DNA from: Lama guanicoe
Lineage: Eukaryota
Assembly (NCBI GenBank): GCA_013239625.1
Contig: MU053629.1
Location: 4,181,567-4,245,566, forward strand
Length of the DNA stretch: 64,000 nt
Direction of reading: 5' to 3'
Shown: in pieces, positions 1 through 12,421 of the stretch
Layout: each line of letters starts with the position of its first letter
Numbering within the stretch: the stretch's first letter is position 1
Translations under genes and position numbers: made by a program
Notes under the pieces: model-generated
Seen by the model: the letters and a program-made list of their open reading frames with translations, nothing else
Databases searched by the model: none
Told to the model about the DNA's origin: nothing

Positions 1-586
1 CCATCTTCCCACCTGGTGGCTTCCCCCCCTCCTCCCCCGCATCCCTGCCCCGGGCAGGGCTGAGGGTGTTAACCTGGCCACCCTCTAAGGTAGACTCAGC
101 ACAAAACAATCTTATTGTTCAAGCTCTGCTCAAAATTGCTAGCCTGGGGAGAAGGCTGTGGCAGGGCAGGGTGGGTGTGATATCTTGGAATGTGGACCTG
201 CTCGGGCAGGTCCTAATGACTGTAAATAACTGTGTTGGAGGCAGGACCTGAGCTTCTAACTCAACAAATAAGCATTATTTCTGATATAGCCTGGACCATC
301 TGAGGATCATAATTACCTGAGATCTGCTTGACAGGCATTCAGGGAAACGAACACGGCTGCAGGGAACCTAGAAAAGGGCGCGCCCTGTACCTTTAACAGG
401 TGTCTCCGAGAGGCCTTTGCCATTCATTCTTTCTTGAAATCCTGGCAGGTGGCTTCCGGCTTGATGGACCAGAGGTTTTTGGAGTCAGTTACTCTTTTAC
501 TTTCCTTTCCTGGACTTAAATGCACTTGAGTTTTAACCCAGCTCTGCTGCCAGCCTCTGGGCGGGCGTCAGGGCTGCGTGGAGGGG

Positions 587-1546
587 TGTCTGGAAAACTC
601 CTCCACGTGTCTGCCCTGTTCTCCACACTCTAGTCACAGAAAACTTCGCGTCTGATGCTTCTGATGCTTCTGATCACCAAGTGTGTGGTGGGGGCAGGAG
701 GGGTGGAGGGCGGGTGGGGGTTTCCCACACCCAGCAACTGTTCCTGTTCTCAGAATGTCAGCTGGGTATTACCAGTGTAACTCAGTTCTGACACTGTCCA
801 CCTGCAGGTAGCGTGGGATCCCTCAGATAAGGGCTCAGCCCCACAGGCTTCCCCCTCCCCCCACCTCAGATGCCAGTCACAAGTCCAGGTTGAACCTGTG
901 CTTCTGAGCCACAGTCTATTGATCAGAGGTTCCTACCCCCCCATCCTGGGGTCCAGTCAGTTGGCTGGAGCAGCTCACAGAACTCCAGAAAACATTTTCC
1001 TGGTTTATAACAGCTGCGTGGAAGGGATGCAAAGGGCAACATATGTGGGAAGGAGCTTGGAGCATCCATGCTCTGTCTGGATCCACAGCCCTCCCCTCGT
1101 CTCCATGTGCTCATCAACCCGGTCGCTATCTGAACCCGATGGTCCTTTTGGGTTTTTATGGAATGTTTGTTACGTAGGCAGGAATGGTTAAATTATTGAC
1201 CGTTGGTGATTGCTCCTGCCTCCAGCCCGTCTCCCCTCTCTGGAGTTGGGGGCAGAGAGGCTGAAAGTTCCTACCTTCTAATCACAAGGTGGGTTTCCCT
1301 GGCAACTGACCCCTCATCCTTCGAGGCTTTCCGTAAACTCAGGTGTTGTTGAAAGGGGCTGGTTATGTAGGGTATGTACAAGATTAACCTATCTCACCTT
1401 TATTGCTTTGGATCTATTTTAGAAACTGTGAACCAAACTAAGTATTACAACAGAAGATGTCCTTATGACTCTTAAATAGGAAATTACAAGAATTTTAGGA
1501 GCTGTGTCCCAAATATATGCTTCTTATTATGCATCACAATATCACA
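587..1546 (-). mobile_element. Solo LTR, MER21-like (ERVL-type)
   Basis: The reverse complement begins TGTGATATTGTGATGCATAATAAGAAGCATATATTTGG, the recalled MER21 5' end. It has TG...CA termini and a G-run target duplication (agggg / ggggg). Internal motifs such as GGAGCAGCTCACAGAACTC are typical of the family. Confidence 0.75.
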
Positions 1547-1584
1547 GGGGGCCTCTGTAGGGGTTGTTATAAGCCCAGAGAAGT

Positions 1585-1760
1585 CAGCCTCAGCTGGCTG
1601 GTCAGGTCTTCGGCAAGTCACATCATTCTTGTGCCTCAGTTTCTCCAGCAGTAAAATGGGGATAGTGAGAGCTGTCTCTTAGGCTTGTAAGATTGAGTTA
1701 ATACCTGTGCAGAGCTTAGCACACCTTGTCACCTCACTGAGAGCCAGTAAATGGTTGGTC
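1585..1760 (+). mobile_element. MIR SINE
   Basis: Core ggcaagtcac...gtgcctcagtttc...gtaaaatggggata...gagttaatac...cttagcac. Confidence 0.8.
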
Positions 1761-3219
1761 CCTTCTTCGCCTTCCCTGGGTGTTTACCAGGCCAAAGATG
1801 ACTCACCTAACATGCTTACCTGTGTTGACAGAGGAACTGCCACACAGTATGGCAGCCTCAGAAAGGTTAAAAAATGCCAGGGAGGCCTCCCAGCCCATCA
1901 GGTGCTGAGATGGGTAAGCACTGTAGTCCAGATCCTTTTTGTGTTTCAGTGTTGGAGCCTGTCCCAACATTTCTCGACCCACAGCCTCTGCGGGTGGGGA
2001 CTTAAACTAATCTGGCTTTAGACCAACCTGCCAGCACAGGAAAGGACAGCCTTGGGAGTGCTTTTGAGCCTGCTTTTGACACAGGTGTTCCTGGCCTCCA
2101 AGGCCAGCTTCACGGGCAGGCAGTGTGTGCAGTTACACAGAGCCCCGCCCCCAGGAGGCGCTTGGTTTTATGCCCGTCATTGGCATCTTGAGATTGTTAC
2201 CTTTCCTGGAGCTAGTGTTTTGTGAGGCCCAGTGACATGGTGGGCATGCGCGTGAGTAGGAGCAATCCGCCCTGCCAGTCCTGAGCTTGACCCAGGGCTT
2301 GTTTGGGATGCGCGAAGGTGATGTCATTCTCAAGCAACCACTAAGGAATCCTGTCATAGGCTTTCTTACTCGTGGTGCTTCCCCATGTTGGCCAAAATGA
2401 TGACATCCAAGGATAAGGAAAGATAAGGGAACACACAGTGCTTTCCCCACTCATCAGTAAGCAGGAAGTGGGGAGTGTGGGTTGAATGTGCGCATGTCAA
2501 GAAGTGCAGTAAAGACAGCTGACGTAGCTGGATGCGGTGTTGTTCTTCTTCTGGTCCCACAATGTATTCAAGCATGGATGCATGGATACATGTATCCAAG
2601 CTATGAAATACAAATTGTGGAATTTTGGTGATTTCACACACTAGTTAAATGCTCTTTCGTTTGTTTTCAAAACTTGGCATTGCCCAATACCAACATGAAT
2701 GGTGAAATGCATACGAGTAATTTACAACTTTAATTTTTCTTGACTTAGAATAATATTAAATAGCTAAAAAAAAAAATCCAAACCAAAACAAAAACCCACC
2801 ATCCCAAGTCAAGAGAGAGACTTTGGAAGAAAGGGGGAGAAAGTTTTCTATTTCAGTACCAGTAATGACACTGTCTTCCTGCTTTTTGCTCAGAGAGCTC
2901 CAAATTTTCATTTTGCGCCAGACGCCACAGATGATGTAGGCAATGCTGGCCGGCATCCTGGGGCTGGAGGTCGCAGGCTGGTCCAGGACACACAGGTCTC
3001 TTGCTAGATCCTGGATCTTCTCAGTCTTCTGAGTTGCTGAGCCAAGAAACAACATATGAACAAATGAGCATTGGCACTTGCTCCGAAGATTCCAGGCTGT
3101 TCGAGGTGATGGTGGGTCTGTTGTTGACAGAGATCACAGAGGATACAAACATACCCTTGTTGAAGGTATTCTAGGGGGCCTCCTGTGCGATCACTCCTAT
3201 GAATTCTCGAGCAGCCCAG

Positions 3220-3830
3220 TGTAGAGGCATGAGCCAGATGTGGGCTGAGAGAGAGGCCCCGGGTGGAATCCTGGCTCTGCGGGCTGTGGCTTGCTCTCCT
3301 GGGCCAAGATGTTTCTTCCTGGGTCAGTTTCCTCATCAGACAATCCTCAGTCTCTCAGGTGTAACGTAGTTGCTGCTTGGAGGCTGAATTCTTGGGTCAG
3401 ATCACGTCTCCGCCTCTTAACTAGTTATTGGACCTTGGCAGGTTGTTCAAGCCCCTGAGAGCCTCAGTTTCCCCATCCGTAAAATGGTAGGAAATGAGTG
3501 CAGGGAAAGGAGCTGACACTGTTTGGGTACATGGTGTTGAAGAAATGGTAGCAGTGGTCATGATGGGAAAAAGTAAGGAATAATCTCTGGTTCTAGGACA
3601 AAGGAGTATCCTTCGGGACCCCAGCCTTCAGGGTCTAACCTGAGACATCCTAGGAGTATGAATGCCTGGAGCCTGGAGAGGGAAATTGTCATGCTTGGAG
3701 TTTGAAGCTCTGGGTCGTTGTCCTCCCACCCTCCGTCACTCTGAGCCATGTGACTTCTGACAGTCGCTTCCCCACCAAGCCTCACTGTCTTCATCTGTAA
3801 AATGGAGTGGTGATGGGTCTGCCAGCCTTC
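3220..3830 (+). mobile_element. Cluster of about three MIR fragments
   Basis: Repeated MIR cores: cagtttcctcatc (~3325), gcctcagtttccccatccgtaaaatgg (~3461), cctcactgtcttcatctgtaaaatggag (~3780). Confidence 0.7.
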
Positions 3831-5524
3831 CAGGAGGAGGCCCCGGTGAGATGCCCTATGCAGAAATCTTTCTTTGGCTTAAATTCAGAGGGGAAGAACT
3901 CTCCAGTGACTCCTCAGTATTGGTGTAAAGTGTTGCTCACTATTGTCAGCAGAGATGAAGAAGCATTTACTTTGCTTGGGCCTCAGTCCCTCAGCTCTGA
4001 GATCAGAGGGAAGGACTTGGACGTGCCATAAACTGTCCCATGAGCAGGCTTAAAAAGAAGGAAGGAGGGAGGAAAAGAAGAGACAGCAAACCAGCAGAAT
4101 TTGGAATTGTCCCCCTGAACCACAATGGCAGGTTTCAGGGACTCAGGAAGGGGCGCAGCCTGGCCCTGTGGTCGAGAAACGTCAGATGTTGGGAAGAGAA
4201 AGGCCTGTCTTACTGGAGCCGGGTTTCTCCCAGGCCCTTGCCTCCCGAGCCCCGGTAGCTTGTCACTCCCTGGCTAACAGCTTGGCAACACAGAGGCAAA
4301 CCACAGAGTACATTTGAGGCCCAGATCTGCTCATTTGGAGGGTGGGGCCGCATTTTTCTCCTGCCGCAGTGAGCTAATTAAAGAAAACAAGCTTTGGGAG
4401 TTGGGAGAGGACTGGCCACAGAGCACTTGGGGACGATCGCTTTGGTTGTGGAAGCCTCCACAGCCCCCAGGAGACAGGTGGCAGGCATCTGGGGCCCCCC
4501 ATCCCCAGGGGAGCTCCGAGGACCCACGGCTGCGCAGCTGGGAGACCCAGATATGGACAGTGGGAGGGCTTACGTGGGGTGGGGGTGGGGGTCTTGGCTG
4601 GTGAGGGGACCAGCTGGCCGAAGTTCAAGCTACCCGTGGAGGTGGGACAGTGTTTTTAAAATGTTTCACAAATGTGGGCTTTTCCCCCAAACTGTGGACA
4701 GAGCCTAAGTCAGGCACATCTCTGTGGCACTTCTGTTTCTCATACCAGCCTGAGGGAAAGTGGGTGTGACTTCTGTATTCTCAAGGACAAAGCCACCGAA
4801 GAGGTGGCTGTTCTCGCTCAAAGTCTCAGGGCTGTAAAGTGGGATAAGGGCTCAGGGCTCGTGTCTCCAGATGGAGCGCCGTGATTCCGAGGAGGGGAGA
4901 ACAAACATGAGCTCACACTGACACGCAACAAACACTGTCCTCCAGGAGCCGAGCCTCCCTCTCGCAGCCGCACACTGTTTTATGGAGAAGGTATATTGCT
5001 GAAACATCGACGGTGTAAATTGAATTCGGTTTGCAGCGTACCAGGAAAACCATTTCAAGGAATCCTGTTGTGAGTCATTTTGAAAAAATGAAGAATTACA
5101 CTTTTCTATTTTGGTACATTTATGTGGCAAGGTGGTGTAAAAGAGGGGCCTCAGCGTTCCGCCAGCTTATGTTTATTTCTGCCTAAGGATGGTTTACTTC
5201 TCAGGTGCTCAGAGGGGTTCACACGTCCTGGGGGTCTGGGGGAGGACAGGGTACGTGCACAGAATGTGTCTGATTCACTTATTCAAAGAAGTTGGGGCCT
5301 CAGGAGCATCAGGGGCGAGGTGAGTGCTGAGACGTTTTTAGTGATGCCGATGACAAATGATAATGAAGCTGTTGTGAACTGACCACTCACTGTGTGCCTG
5401 GGACCTGACGTAGCTTACCTTATTTAATTATTACCAGTAATTTAATAACACTGAAGTTTGTGAATGATTTACTTGCCAGTTAATTCAAAGGTGTAGTCCT
5501 CTCGACAGCGGACTGTTTTTCAGC

Positions 5525-5890
5525 TGAGGAATGAAGTACATGCTGCAAACACGGATGAACCTTGAAAGCATGATGCTGAGTGAGAGAAGCCAGACGCAAA
5601 AGGCCATGTGTTGTGTGAGTCCATTCACGTGACATGCCCAGAAGAGGCAAATTCACAGAGGCAGAAAGCAGAGCAGTGGTGGTCAGGGGGTTGAGATGGG
5701 TGGGGTGAGGATGGGGCGCAGTGACTGCTTAATGGGTACAGGGTTTCCTTTACGGGTGCTGAACGTATTCTGGAACGAAATAAATGTGAAGGCTGCACAA
5801 CACTGTGCGTGAATTGAATGCCATCGCGTCGTGCACGGTAACATGGTGTGAAGCGGTAAGTTTTTATGTTCTGTGCATCTCATCGCAGTA
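5525..5890 (+). mobile_element. L1M (L1MB-like) 3' end fragment
   Basis: acggatgaaccttgaaagcatgatgctgagtgagagaagccagac...gactgcttaatgggtacagggtttcc...ggctgcacaacactgtg, a typical L1MB 3' UTR. Confidence 0.8.
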
Positions 5891-5956
5891 TATATTTTAG
5901 TCGGTGTATTTTCTTCCCGGTGTCCCTCTCACCGACTCCGGTTGGCTTGTATTGTC

Positions 5957-6081
5957 TGTTTTATGAGGGGGAGGTAACTAGGTTTATTCCTTGATTTCCG
6001 CTTGGAGCAGAGACCGGTATTGAACCCGGGACCTCTTGGGTGCTGAGCATGCGCTCTGCCACTTGAGCTATACCCTTCCCC
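5957..6081 (-). mobile_element. Ala-tRNA-derived SINE, Vic-1-like (camelid)
   Basis: The reverse complement reads GGGGAAGGGTATAGCTCAAGTGGCAGAGCGCATGCTCAGC...GGTCCCGGGTTCAATACC...AATAAACCTAGTTACCTCCCCC, with A and B boxes and an A-rich tail. Confidence 0.8.
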
Positions 6082-8246
6082 TCTCGACTCCGGTTTGGTT
6101 CTGCTGTGTTGAGTGGGAGAGAAAGGGAAGGGGCTATTCACGTGTGCAGTGAGGCTGGGGCAGGCTTGTGGCCTTCCTATTCAAGCCCTACCTATACGAG
6201 GAACCAGAGACCCAGAGAGGGCTAGTGACTCACCCAAGGGCACAGAGCAAAGGACGGGAGTTGGGATGTGAATTCTAGCCTTCTCACTTTCCATGAGGAA
6301 AATCACAGTGGAAAAAGTGCTTTTTAAAAATGTTTAAAATTTATTTTTAGCCCCATTGTGTCGCTGGGTAAATTCTGGGCTAAGTTCGGCTCTTTCCCAC
6401 CTGCCTTGGGTACCTGGGGAGACTGTCTGTCCCCTGCTGGTGGAACAGCCCCTGGACTCACTCACCTGTCGGGAGGCCCCGGGGCTGTTGAGCAGAAACA
6501 GCCAGAGACCTGGGCTGTGTCCCCGGGCGCGTGTCTAGAGCAATTCCAGTTGAGCTGCTCAGTTTCAGCGCTGAGCAAAAGGAACCAATTACGAGCGCAC
6601 ACAGACGTTTGGTGTTTGGTGGGAGACGTACCACGTGAGGCTGCTTCTCCTTTTCTTTCCTTTTTGACTGCGCACATCTGACACTACAGGAAATAAGAGA
6701 CTTTCCAGTACCTAATTTGTGTTCACTCTGCTTTCAAACCCTCTTGGCCCCCGGCACAGGGTAAATGAAACCGTAGCTTATGGTAATATTTATGTATGGG
6801 AGTCAATGAGCTGCTTGAATGCTGGGATGTCAGCAAAGGTTTCAAACTTAGCAAGCCCCCTGGCTCTCCCACCCTCCGGTGATGCACTAGATAGGCTGGC
6901 CTTCACTTTCCAGTTCTGCGCTGGCATCATGTCCTGGTTGGTGACAATACAGCGGTGATGGTGGTGGAGCTGTAATTAAATTCTTCTGAATCCTTAGGAG
7001 AAGGCGAATCAAGTTCCAGATTCTTGGAAGTGAGTTTAGACCCTTGGGAAGATCATGGACAAGGAATGACGGGACCCGAGTTTTATTAGCAGCATGACCT
7101 TAGCGAGATGGTCTAAACTTTCTAAGCTGTGGCTTCCTCATCTTGGGATGTGAATGAGACCCTGGCGGCTCGCGTGCCGTGCAGTCGGTGGGGGCGTTGG
7201 ATTGAGATGACGCATGTGATCGGTTAGCTGTCCAGGCGCTTCCTGAGGTGGTCTGTGAAACCAGAGGGTGGAGGGGCTGGGAGACACAATGAGGACCTAA
7301 GGCGGACTGGTTTGTGTCGGGAGTGGTGGGGCAGAATTGGCTTTCCCTTCCAGGGGAGCCTTACTGTGGGCGCAGCACGCGGAATGCACAATTGTTTATT
7401 TCTGCCATCAAATCGGCAGGCTTCTAAGGCACCTGCTCCGTCTAAGGCAGTGTGAGTACAGCGCAGATGCCGCCCTCCAGCGGTTCGCAGTTGGACGGGG
7501 TTTTCACGGGTCACCTGGGAGGCGAGCCCTTGACCGTGAGTGCAGGTGACACAGAGCAGCCCCCAGGCCCACCACCCACCCCCGTGCTATTCAGATAACA
7601 GTCTTCGGGGAAATGCTTATGTCTCTGTTGTGTGTGTGTCTGTAGAGAGAGAAAAGCCGGGAGAGTCGGGTGAGTCAGATTTACCCCCTGTTTTTTCCCT
7701 TTTGAAACTCGTTACGCTCATACACACACACACAGCCGGCATGCGCTTGCTCAGAAATGTGCGAAAAACCACATACAATGTGCAAAATGTGGCCCTTTTG
7801 AAAGAACGCCTTACACCCACATTTTCTGGAGCAGGAATGGGTTTGTGAATGTTTAGATCTTTCCTCATCTGTAGGAACTTTGTGTTGGCCCAAGGAGCTG
7901 GTTCAGGGCCAGCCCAGGCCAACTGGTGGGTGGGGTGTAGACCAGGGCTGTGTGCAAGGCCCGGGGAACCCTGTTACACAGGTGGAATTCTGACCCTCTT
8001 GGTGGCCTACTTGGGCTGTCCTAGGTGGCGGCCTAGGATGGGCTGCGAAGCATGGGACATACGTGGGGCCTGTAGCTTGGTATTTAAAGTTCCCCAGAGC
8101 TGATCGTTTTTTTTTTTGGGTTTACCTTGTGTCTGGGCCCTCTGTCTGCTCTCACCAGTCGGGGCCCCGACAGCTCCTCCCCGACCTGCAGTCTGCACAC
8201 CCACTGCCTCTGCGGCTCCCCCTGGTGTTTCCCCACTCCTCTGTGC

Positions 8247-8297
8247 TTTTTTTTTTTTTTAATGGAGGTACTGGGGATTGAACCCAGGGCCTTGTAC
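8247..8297 (-). mobile_element. 5'-truncated Vic-1-like SINE
   Basis: poly-T followed by aatggaggtactggggattgaacccagggc, which is the reverse complement of the B-box/3' half seen in the other copies. Confidence 0.7.
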
Positions 8298-10809
8298 CTT
8301 TCTATCTTAAAAACTCAGAGTGAGCCCCACCTCCTCTGTCGTGTTCTCCTTGACTATCCCAGTCCGCTGCGACCACCTCCCCTTTCTCTAAATGGTCTAC
8401 TGAATCCCCTCCCGGGTCTGGCACAGAGTACATAGTCAGTCTGTATTTTTTAATGTGTTAGTTGCGCCCTTGTCCATGGTAGGTACCTTGTCTGTGTCGT
8501 TCATCCTCCCAAATGTGACCTGACATTAATGCTGACTCCAGCAGCGGGCCTCGGGGGTAGAGGAGATGTGCCACTGACCCGGGGTCTAGGACCCATGAGT
8601 TCCACTCACCCTCCCTGGGCGCCTGTTTCCTCAGCCCCGCGGCCCTGGCGCTGGTGGCCATGGAGCTGGGGCGGGCGTGGACTCCCCGCTCGTGTGTGTG
8701 GCGGGAACTCAGCTGCGACGATCCGGAGGGTTCCCTCCAACCATTATTGCTTTTGGGTTGGCCGTGGCGGCTTTGATATCACCTTGAGGGATCACTGTGG
8801 ACCCCTCTGTGCCCAGCCCCTCGCTAGCTCTCCACACGCACTCTCCTCGACTTGACAGGCGAGGCTGTTTGCACTGTCTAAGGGGGCGGAATTATTGCAC
8901 CGTTTCGAGAGGTGTTGACATCTAAGGATGTTTGGGGGTGATGGTGCAGAAGGAGACGCAGGAAACCCGGAGGGAGGAGGGGGGCCGGTTGCTGAGAAGT
9001 TGTGTATCACAGGCGCCTCCTCTCAGAAGTGCCTGCCCCTGCTGGCTTTGTGGGGGTGGCATCCAAAGGCGGGGAGACCAGATCAGATTTCAGGATTTTC
9101 ACCCTGCCCCCAACTTTTGACAGCCAAGCGCTTTTCCAGAGTGGGGACTGGATAGCTTTTGGCTTGTGTATTCCCTGAGCACACGATGTGGTATTTCAGC
9201 ATACTCGATGCGTGCATGAATGATTGAATGAATGAATGAGTGATTCTGACTTCCCATCACAGCAGCAGTGCCAGTGAATACAGAAAGCCATGCTCAGTAG
9301 CAGATTGGTGGGTTAAGAGGTGCTCACCGACGTGTCTGATTACAGAAGATGCTGCTGCTGGAAGAAGGGATTGCCCCTTGACGCCGTCCTGTGTCCCCAC
9401 CCTCCTGCATTTTGTGGTTACCCTTCAGTAGTCCTGAATTCAGGACCGTCTCCGACTCGAAAGGAGCAAAGGCCCTGTTTTGCACAGTCCCCAGGAGGGA
9501 CTTTTCTGTCCGCACGCGCTTGGTGATACAAATCCATGCTAATGGTGAGCAGTTGCTCTTTTCCCAGCTGATTTCCCATCCGTCCCCTCTGTTTTGGCAG
9601 GTGTTGTACGCTGATAACCTTGGCTTAGGGGCTTGGCGCGAGGGCAGGGCTTACCCCGGAGCTCTGTATTCCATGCTATCGTGTTATCTTGTTTCCTTGA
9701 TGGTCATTGTGACACGCGAAAATACTTCCTCTGTGGGCTTCCCGTCATAGAGACCTTTGGGCGTAGATAAATACATCAGCCGCACTGCATGAGTGGAACC
9801 ATTGCTCTTAGGAGCTGGAGTCTGGCTGATAGCCTTCTCGGAGAAGCCGCTCTGTCCCCCGGAATGTCGTGTCAGTCTGAGGACCAGTTTTTCCCTCCCT
9901 TTAGCACTGCTGTCTGCTTCTTGTTTGAGAGTTGCTGGGGGAGGACAGACTGGGGGGGCATCCCACCTGCAGGCTTTTTTGAGAATTTTATCTCGTGGAT
10001 GTCCCAGGGGTCCCTTTCCCTGATCTGCTTCCTGTTTTCTCCCAGGGGTCTTAGTATCAAGTTGTCCTCAGCTCCCTCTCACCTACCCAAGCCCTGCTCT
10101 TTGATCCTATGGCCAAGACCCCGAAGAGCGAGCCCTGGCCTGGAGTTTTTGTCTCATCTCTGCTGTGTGACCTTGGGGAAGCTGCTTGATGTCTCTGATC
10201 CTCAGTTGGCACCTCTGAAAACAAAAAGGTTGGCCACGGTGCTCTCTGAAATCCCTGCCATCCGTGTCCTTCCCCTGCCATCTCCAGGGAGGGAGACGCT
10301 GCCTCTGTCCTGCAGAGGGAACTGAGACTGGAGGGGCAGGGTGGTGAGGTCAGGCTGCACGTTCGTGGCCATACTGGAGATTCTGGACCCTGGCTTGTAG
10401 GCGGTGGGTCCGGGATGCTGAGAAGCTGCTGGCTGTAGTGTAAGCAGGGCCCCTCCGGGAAGCGAGTGGATTGTTCAGCCGGGCTGAGCTTGGGCCGGGC
10501 CTCTGAAAGCCTGGTGGCAGAATTTCATGGCCTTGAAGAATGACTACTGTATATACCAGCAATAAATATTAGTCACCCTGGCAGCCGAAGGAGTTCCCTG
10601 TGCTGCATTTTTGACACTTCCAGAAAAGGGAAAGCCTTCTTCCCTGACAGGACACAGGAGGGAAAAACAGCGATGTGTCTCTGGGCTCAGGTGCTGAGAA
10701 GTTCTCTGACCCTGGTGCCCTGGCTGGGATCCCTAGGATTTCCAACCATCGGTGACCCCTTTCTGCCTGAAGCTGCAGGGGGCCTGTGACTGTCCCTTGC
10801 TGTCTCTCC

Positions 10810-11645
10810 AGGGCCACCTCTCAGGGCCTGGCTTGAGCCTGCCCCAGATCTAAGCCTTAATCTGCTGTCTTCCCCCAGACCTCGCTGCCATCTGCTCAGC
10901 TTCCTCCTTTCACAGTGAAAGGACCACCATCCTCTGAGTTGCTCGAGCCAGACCTTAGGAGGAGGTCATCCTCGCTGCCCTTTCCCCCTCGCCCTCACAC
11001 TCCAGTCCATCACTAGGCCCTGCCAGTCTGGCTTCCGGCATTCCAGCATCCAGCTGCTCCCCCATCTCGACTCTGATTTCCTCATCCACATCAGGGGCTC
11101 TCTGGCCCAGCCTCCCTCTTAACTGGCCTCTTTGCCTGCACCTACCTCAGCACCAGGCCCACTCGGCAGCCAGAGTGATCTCTAAAAAAATCTACATTCT
11201 GTCCTCTGGCATACCACTGAAAACCACTCAGGGGCACCCTGTTGCCTTGAGGGTAAAGGTCCAAATTCCTAATAAGGCTGTGGGGTCTGACCCTAGCCTG
11301 CCTGCCTGCCCCCCACAATCAGCTTGGCTCCTTCTCACACTTCCTTCAGGGCCTTTGCACATGCTGTTCCTTCTGCCTTCCCCCCAGTTTTCAGCTGGCT
11401 GAAATGAATCAGGTCTCGGCTTAACTATTGTCTCCTAACAGAGCCCCCCCCTTCCCTCTCCATGTCATTATACCTCCTGCTACATGCTCATATGACATGC
11501 TGTTCTTTTCATTTGGAGACCTTCCCCAAATTTTAAATCTGTGTGGTGATTTGTTTACTATCTGTCTTCCCCTTGAGGGCAGGGATCGTCTCTTTTATTC
11601 ACTATCCCCAGGGCCCAGGACTGTAGAGCCCAGTAAATACTTGTA
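10810..11645 (+). mobile_element. L2 LINE 3' fragment
   Basis: caccatcctctgagttgctcgagccag...gtcatcctcg, cagccagagtgatct, agggcctttgcacatgctgttccttctgcc, gagggcaggga...cccagtaaatacttg. Confidence 0.75.
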
Positions 11646-12421
11646 GCCACGAATCGTAGGCAGAGGACATGCCCACTTGTGCTGCCATGGCCCTGGTGCC
11701 CCGATTCCCTTGGGATGTGTCCCCTGCTCTCCGATCCCCACTGAGTGGCCACTGAGCCCTGGGCTCTTCCTGGCTTCACTCCTCTGGCATCAAAACTTAT
11801 CAGTCCCACATCTCAAGTCTTTTGCAAGGTGACACTTCATCTGATTACCTAATTCACACTAAGGTGTTAATGGTGCTAATGACATAGTGTTTATTACCCC
11901 AGGGGATGCAAAATGATATCGGCTTAACTATTGTCTCCTAACAGAGCCCCCCCCCTTCCCTCTCCATGTCATTATACCTCCTGCTACATGCTCATATGAC
12001 ATGCTGTTCTTTTCATTTGGAGACCTTCCCCAAATTTTAAATCTGTGTGGTGATTTGTTTACTATCTGTCTTCCCCTTGAGGGCAGGGATCGTCTCTTTT
12101 ATTCACTATCCCCAGGGCCCAGGACTGTAGAGCCCAGTAAATACTTGTAGCCACGAATCGTAGGCAGAGGACATGCCCACTTGTGCTGCCATGGCCCTGG
12201 TGCCCCGATTCCCTTGGGATGTGTCCCCTGCTCTCCGATCCCCACTGAGTGGCCACTGAGCCCTGGGCTCTTCCTGGCTTCACTCCTCTGGCATCAAAAC
12301 TTATCAGTCCCACATCTCAAGTCTTTTGCAAGGTGACACTTCATCTGATTACCTAATTCACACTAAGGTGTTAATGGTGCTAATGACATAGTGTTTATTA
12401 CCCCAGGGGATGCAAAATGAT
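11416..12421 (+). repeat. Near-perfect direct tandem duplication, units 11416-11917 and 11919-12421
   Basis: Both units start tcggcttaactattgtctcc and end ggatgcaaaatgat. They yield identical ORFs (11558..11809 and 12062..12313). The only difference I see is a C8 versus C9 tract, and there is one extra A at the junction (11918). Confidence 0.97.

Noticed and set aside
652..675. Short tandem ctgatgctt x2.5
   Set aside because: A micro-duplication inside the MER21 LTR. It is not a CRISPR-like or functional array, and I saw no repeat-spacer arrays anywhere in the window.
11558..12313. Two identical 83-aa ORFs suggesting a duplicated gene
   Set aside because: A by-product of the 503-bp tandem duplication, partly within L2; no coding features.
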